NCBI GenBank assembly: GCA_963664435.2
Contig: CAXXKM010000001.1
Location: 1,088,001-1,152,000 of the forward strand
DNA: 64,000 nt
Reading direction: 5' to 3'
Source of the DNA: Longimicrobiales bacterium
Lineage (GTDB): Bacteria; Gemmatimonadota; Gemmatimonadetes; Longimicrobiales; Gaopeijiaceae
Below the pieces are notes generated by a model. That model did not search any database, was not told where the DNA came from, and saw only the letters and a program-made list of their open reading frames with translations. The translations under genes and the position numbers were made by a program. The number at the start of each line of letters is the position of its first letter. Positions within the stretch are counted from its first letter, which is position 1. Shown here piece by piece: positions 58,334 to 64,000 of this stretch.

Positions 58334-58819
58334 TCACTCCCGGGGAAGTCGCACACCTTCTACGATGTGCCGCTGAATCGCCTCGGCCCAATGGGCCATG
58401 TAGTCGTCGAAGGCCTCGCCGAACGCTCGCACGACATCGTCCGCTTCGGATGACAGCGAGGTCATGCGATACCTCACGGACGCCCGGCTTTGGCTTTCGC
58501 CAGCGGGGGTCACGCGGACGTCGACCAGGGCAGTGTGGTGATCCGGAATCACGTACACGAACGACGCGACGCCCGTGGCGGGCTCATATCGCGTCTGGAC
58601 CCAGGTCGCAGTGCCGACGCCCTCCTTGAGGGTCTGGAACACCAAGCCCTCTGCCGCACGGCCCTCGGTCGGATGGACGTAGCGCGGGTCCCAACCTGCC
58701 ACCCACCGCCGCTCGCCTTCCGCGCTGAACAGCGGAAACGCCTCCGCAAACGGCAGGGCCATCGCCACGACGCCCGTCCTCTCTACGTGAACGCGCTCTC
58801 CCGCGTCGTCATTCGCCAT
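58334..58819 (-). CDS. SRPBCC-like hypothetical protein
   Basis: FPLFSAEGERRWVAGWDP. Confidence 0.7.
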   Translation of the reverse strand: MANDDAGERVHVERTGVVAMALPFAEAFPLFSAEGERRWVAGWDPRYVHPTEGRAAEGLVFQTLKEGVGTATWVQTRYEPATGVASFVYVIPDHHTALVDVRVTPAGESQSRASVRYRMTSLSSEADDVVRAFGEAFDDYMAHWAEAIQRHIVEGVRLPRE

Positions 58820-58905
58820 GTTCGCTCCCGGTCCTCGATGTGCCGGCGAAATCGCGGGGCGGCGAAAAGGCCGGCCACCAGCGCAAGAATTCCCACCGTG
58901 CCCCC

Positions 58906-59670
58906 CTACGCACCCCAGATCGTCTGGCCGGCGTCGATGAACAGGCTGGCGCCGGTCACGAGGCGCGCCTCGTCGTTGGACGCGAGGTACACCACCGCCC
59001 CCACCAGGTCGTCCGGGTTGCCGATCAGCCCGAGCGGGATGCGCGCAAGGCGGCGCTCGCGGAACTCCTCCTGCGCGATGTCGGCCCGGTTGAGGTCGGT
59101 CTCGATGAGGCCCGGCGCGATGGCGTTCACCCGGATCCCGTGCGGCGCGAGCTCGAGCGCCATCTGCTTCGTGAGCATCCCGATCCCGGCCTTCGACACG
59201 CAGTAGTGGGCGAGGTTCGGGGCGGCCACCGCCTGCCCGGCGGACGACACGTTGACGATCGCGCCCGGCGTTCCATCCTCGACCATGCGGCGCGCCGCCG
59301 CCTGCCCGACCAGGAAGTACCCCTTCAGGTTGACGTCCAGGATGGCGTCCCACTCCTCCTCTTCGATCTCGAGGAGGGGCGTGCGCATCAGGATGCCGGC
59401 GTTGTTGACCAGGATGTCGATGCCGCCCAGGCAGTCGTGCGCCTCGGCAACGAAGCGTTCGACATCCGACGCCGAGTCCGTGGAGCCCTGCACGGCCACC
59501 GCGCGCCGCCCCATCTCCTCGATCTCGCGGACGGCGCTCTCGGCATCCTCACGACTCCGCCGATAGTTGACCGCTACATCCGCGCCCTCGTGCGCCAGCC
59601 CCAGCGCGATCGCCCGGCCGATGCTCCGCGAGCCGCCGGTGACCAGAGCACGCTTGCCCTCAAGACGCAA
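58906..59670 (-). CDS. Short-chain dehydrogenase/reductase
   Basis: TGGSRSIG, NNAG, YCVSK. Confidence 0.92.
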   Translation of the reverse strand: MRLEGKRALVTGGSRSIGRAIALGLAHEGADVAVNYRRSREDAESAVREIEEMGRRAVAVQGSTDSASDVERFVAEAHDCLGGIDILVNNAGILMRTPLLEIEEEEWDAILDVNLKGYFLVGQAAARRMVEDGTPGAIVNVSSAGQAVAAPNLAHYCVSKAGIGMLTKQMALELAPHGIRVNAIAPGLIETDLNRADIAQEEFRERRLARIPLGLIGNPDDLVGAVVYLASNDEARLVTGASLFIDAGQTIWGA

Positions 59671-59672
59671 TG

Positions 59673-63626
<3,954 letters not shown>

Positions 63627-63678
63627 GCATCGCACACGCCCGCCTCGGCGCGCGACGAGCCCGGAGAAGGGCCTACGC

Positions 63679-63798
63679 GGCCCGGATCAGTTCTCGAGCC
63701 ATTTCCTCCGGCCCGGATCAGTCCCGAGCCATTTCCTCCGGCCCGGATCAGTCCCGAGCCGCTTCCCCCGGCCGGGTCAGTCGCGAGCCATGTCCTCC
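63679..63798. repeat. ~30-bp tandem repeat x4 including the 3' end of the VOC gene
   Basis: Consensus GGCCCGGATCAGTCCCGAGCCATTTCCTCC. Confidence 0.85.
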
Positions 63799-64000
63799 GG
63801 CTTGGAGTGAACCGCGAAGGCGGCACCCTGCGCATCCATGCACACAGCGATGAACTCGCCTCCCGGCACCTCCATGGGCCCGTTGAGCACCTTCCCGCCC
63901 AGCTCGGTGGCCTTCTTCGCCGCCGCGAAGGCATCCGGCACCCGGACGTAGCTCAGCCACGCGGATACGGGCATCTCGGGAGGCCGGTTGTAGAGGCCGC
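63777..64000 (-). CDS. VOC-family protein, C-terminal part; runs off the right edge
   Basis: AWLSYVRV..LGGKVLNGPMEVPGG..DAQGAAF. Confidence 0.8.
   Translation of the reverse strand, partial: GLYNRPPEMPVSAWLSYVRVPDAFAAAKKATELGGKVLNGPMEVPGGEFIAVCMDAQGAAFAVHSKPEDMARD

Overview
High-GC bacterial chromosome segment. The gene content (Ig+LRR lipoprotein, serpin, ERG4/ERG24-type sterol reductase, several beta-propeller lipoproteins, M28 peptidases, TRAP transporter, many toxin-antitoxin modules) resembles host-associated Gemmatimonadota such as sponge symbionts; this taxonomy is inferred. Main result: a 6.34-kb integrative mobilizable element (P4-like tyrosine integrase, AlpA, ColE1-type mbeCABD mobilization cassette, small Cys peptide plus propeller cargo) lies between two GTTCCGGCGGAA repeats (304-315, 6646-6657). 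It is inserted in the IPPEL codons of a leucine-rich-repeat gene, and precise excision would restore that reading frame. Second: a probably nuclease-dead TnpB with a retained omegaRNA-like 3' region is translationally coupled to a transcription regulator and faces a giant surface-lipoprotein gene. Also present: a 23-bp-period array upstream of an AAA/DUF4143 ATPase, a parS-like palindrome seen three times, a hicAB module flanked by a 30-bp duplication, a signal peptide apparently derived from dinJ, a deleted yafQ, and an Rpn gene with an internal start. The remainder is metabolism and transport (galK/galE/SSS, maeB, katG, TRAP, TonB-dependent receptor). Family assignments come from motif recognition, not database searches.
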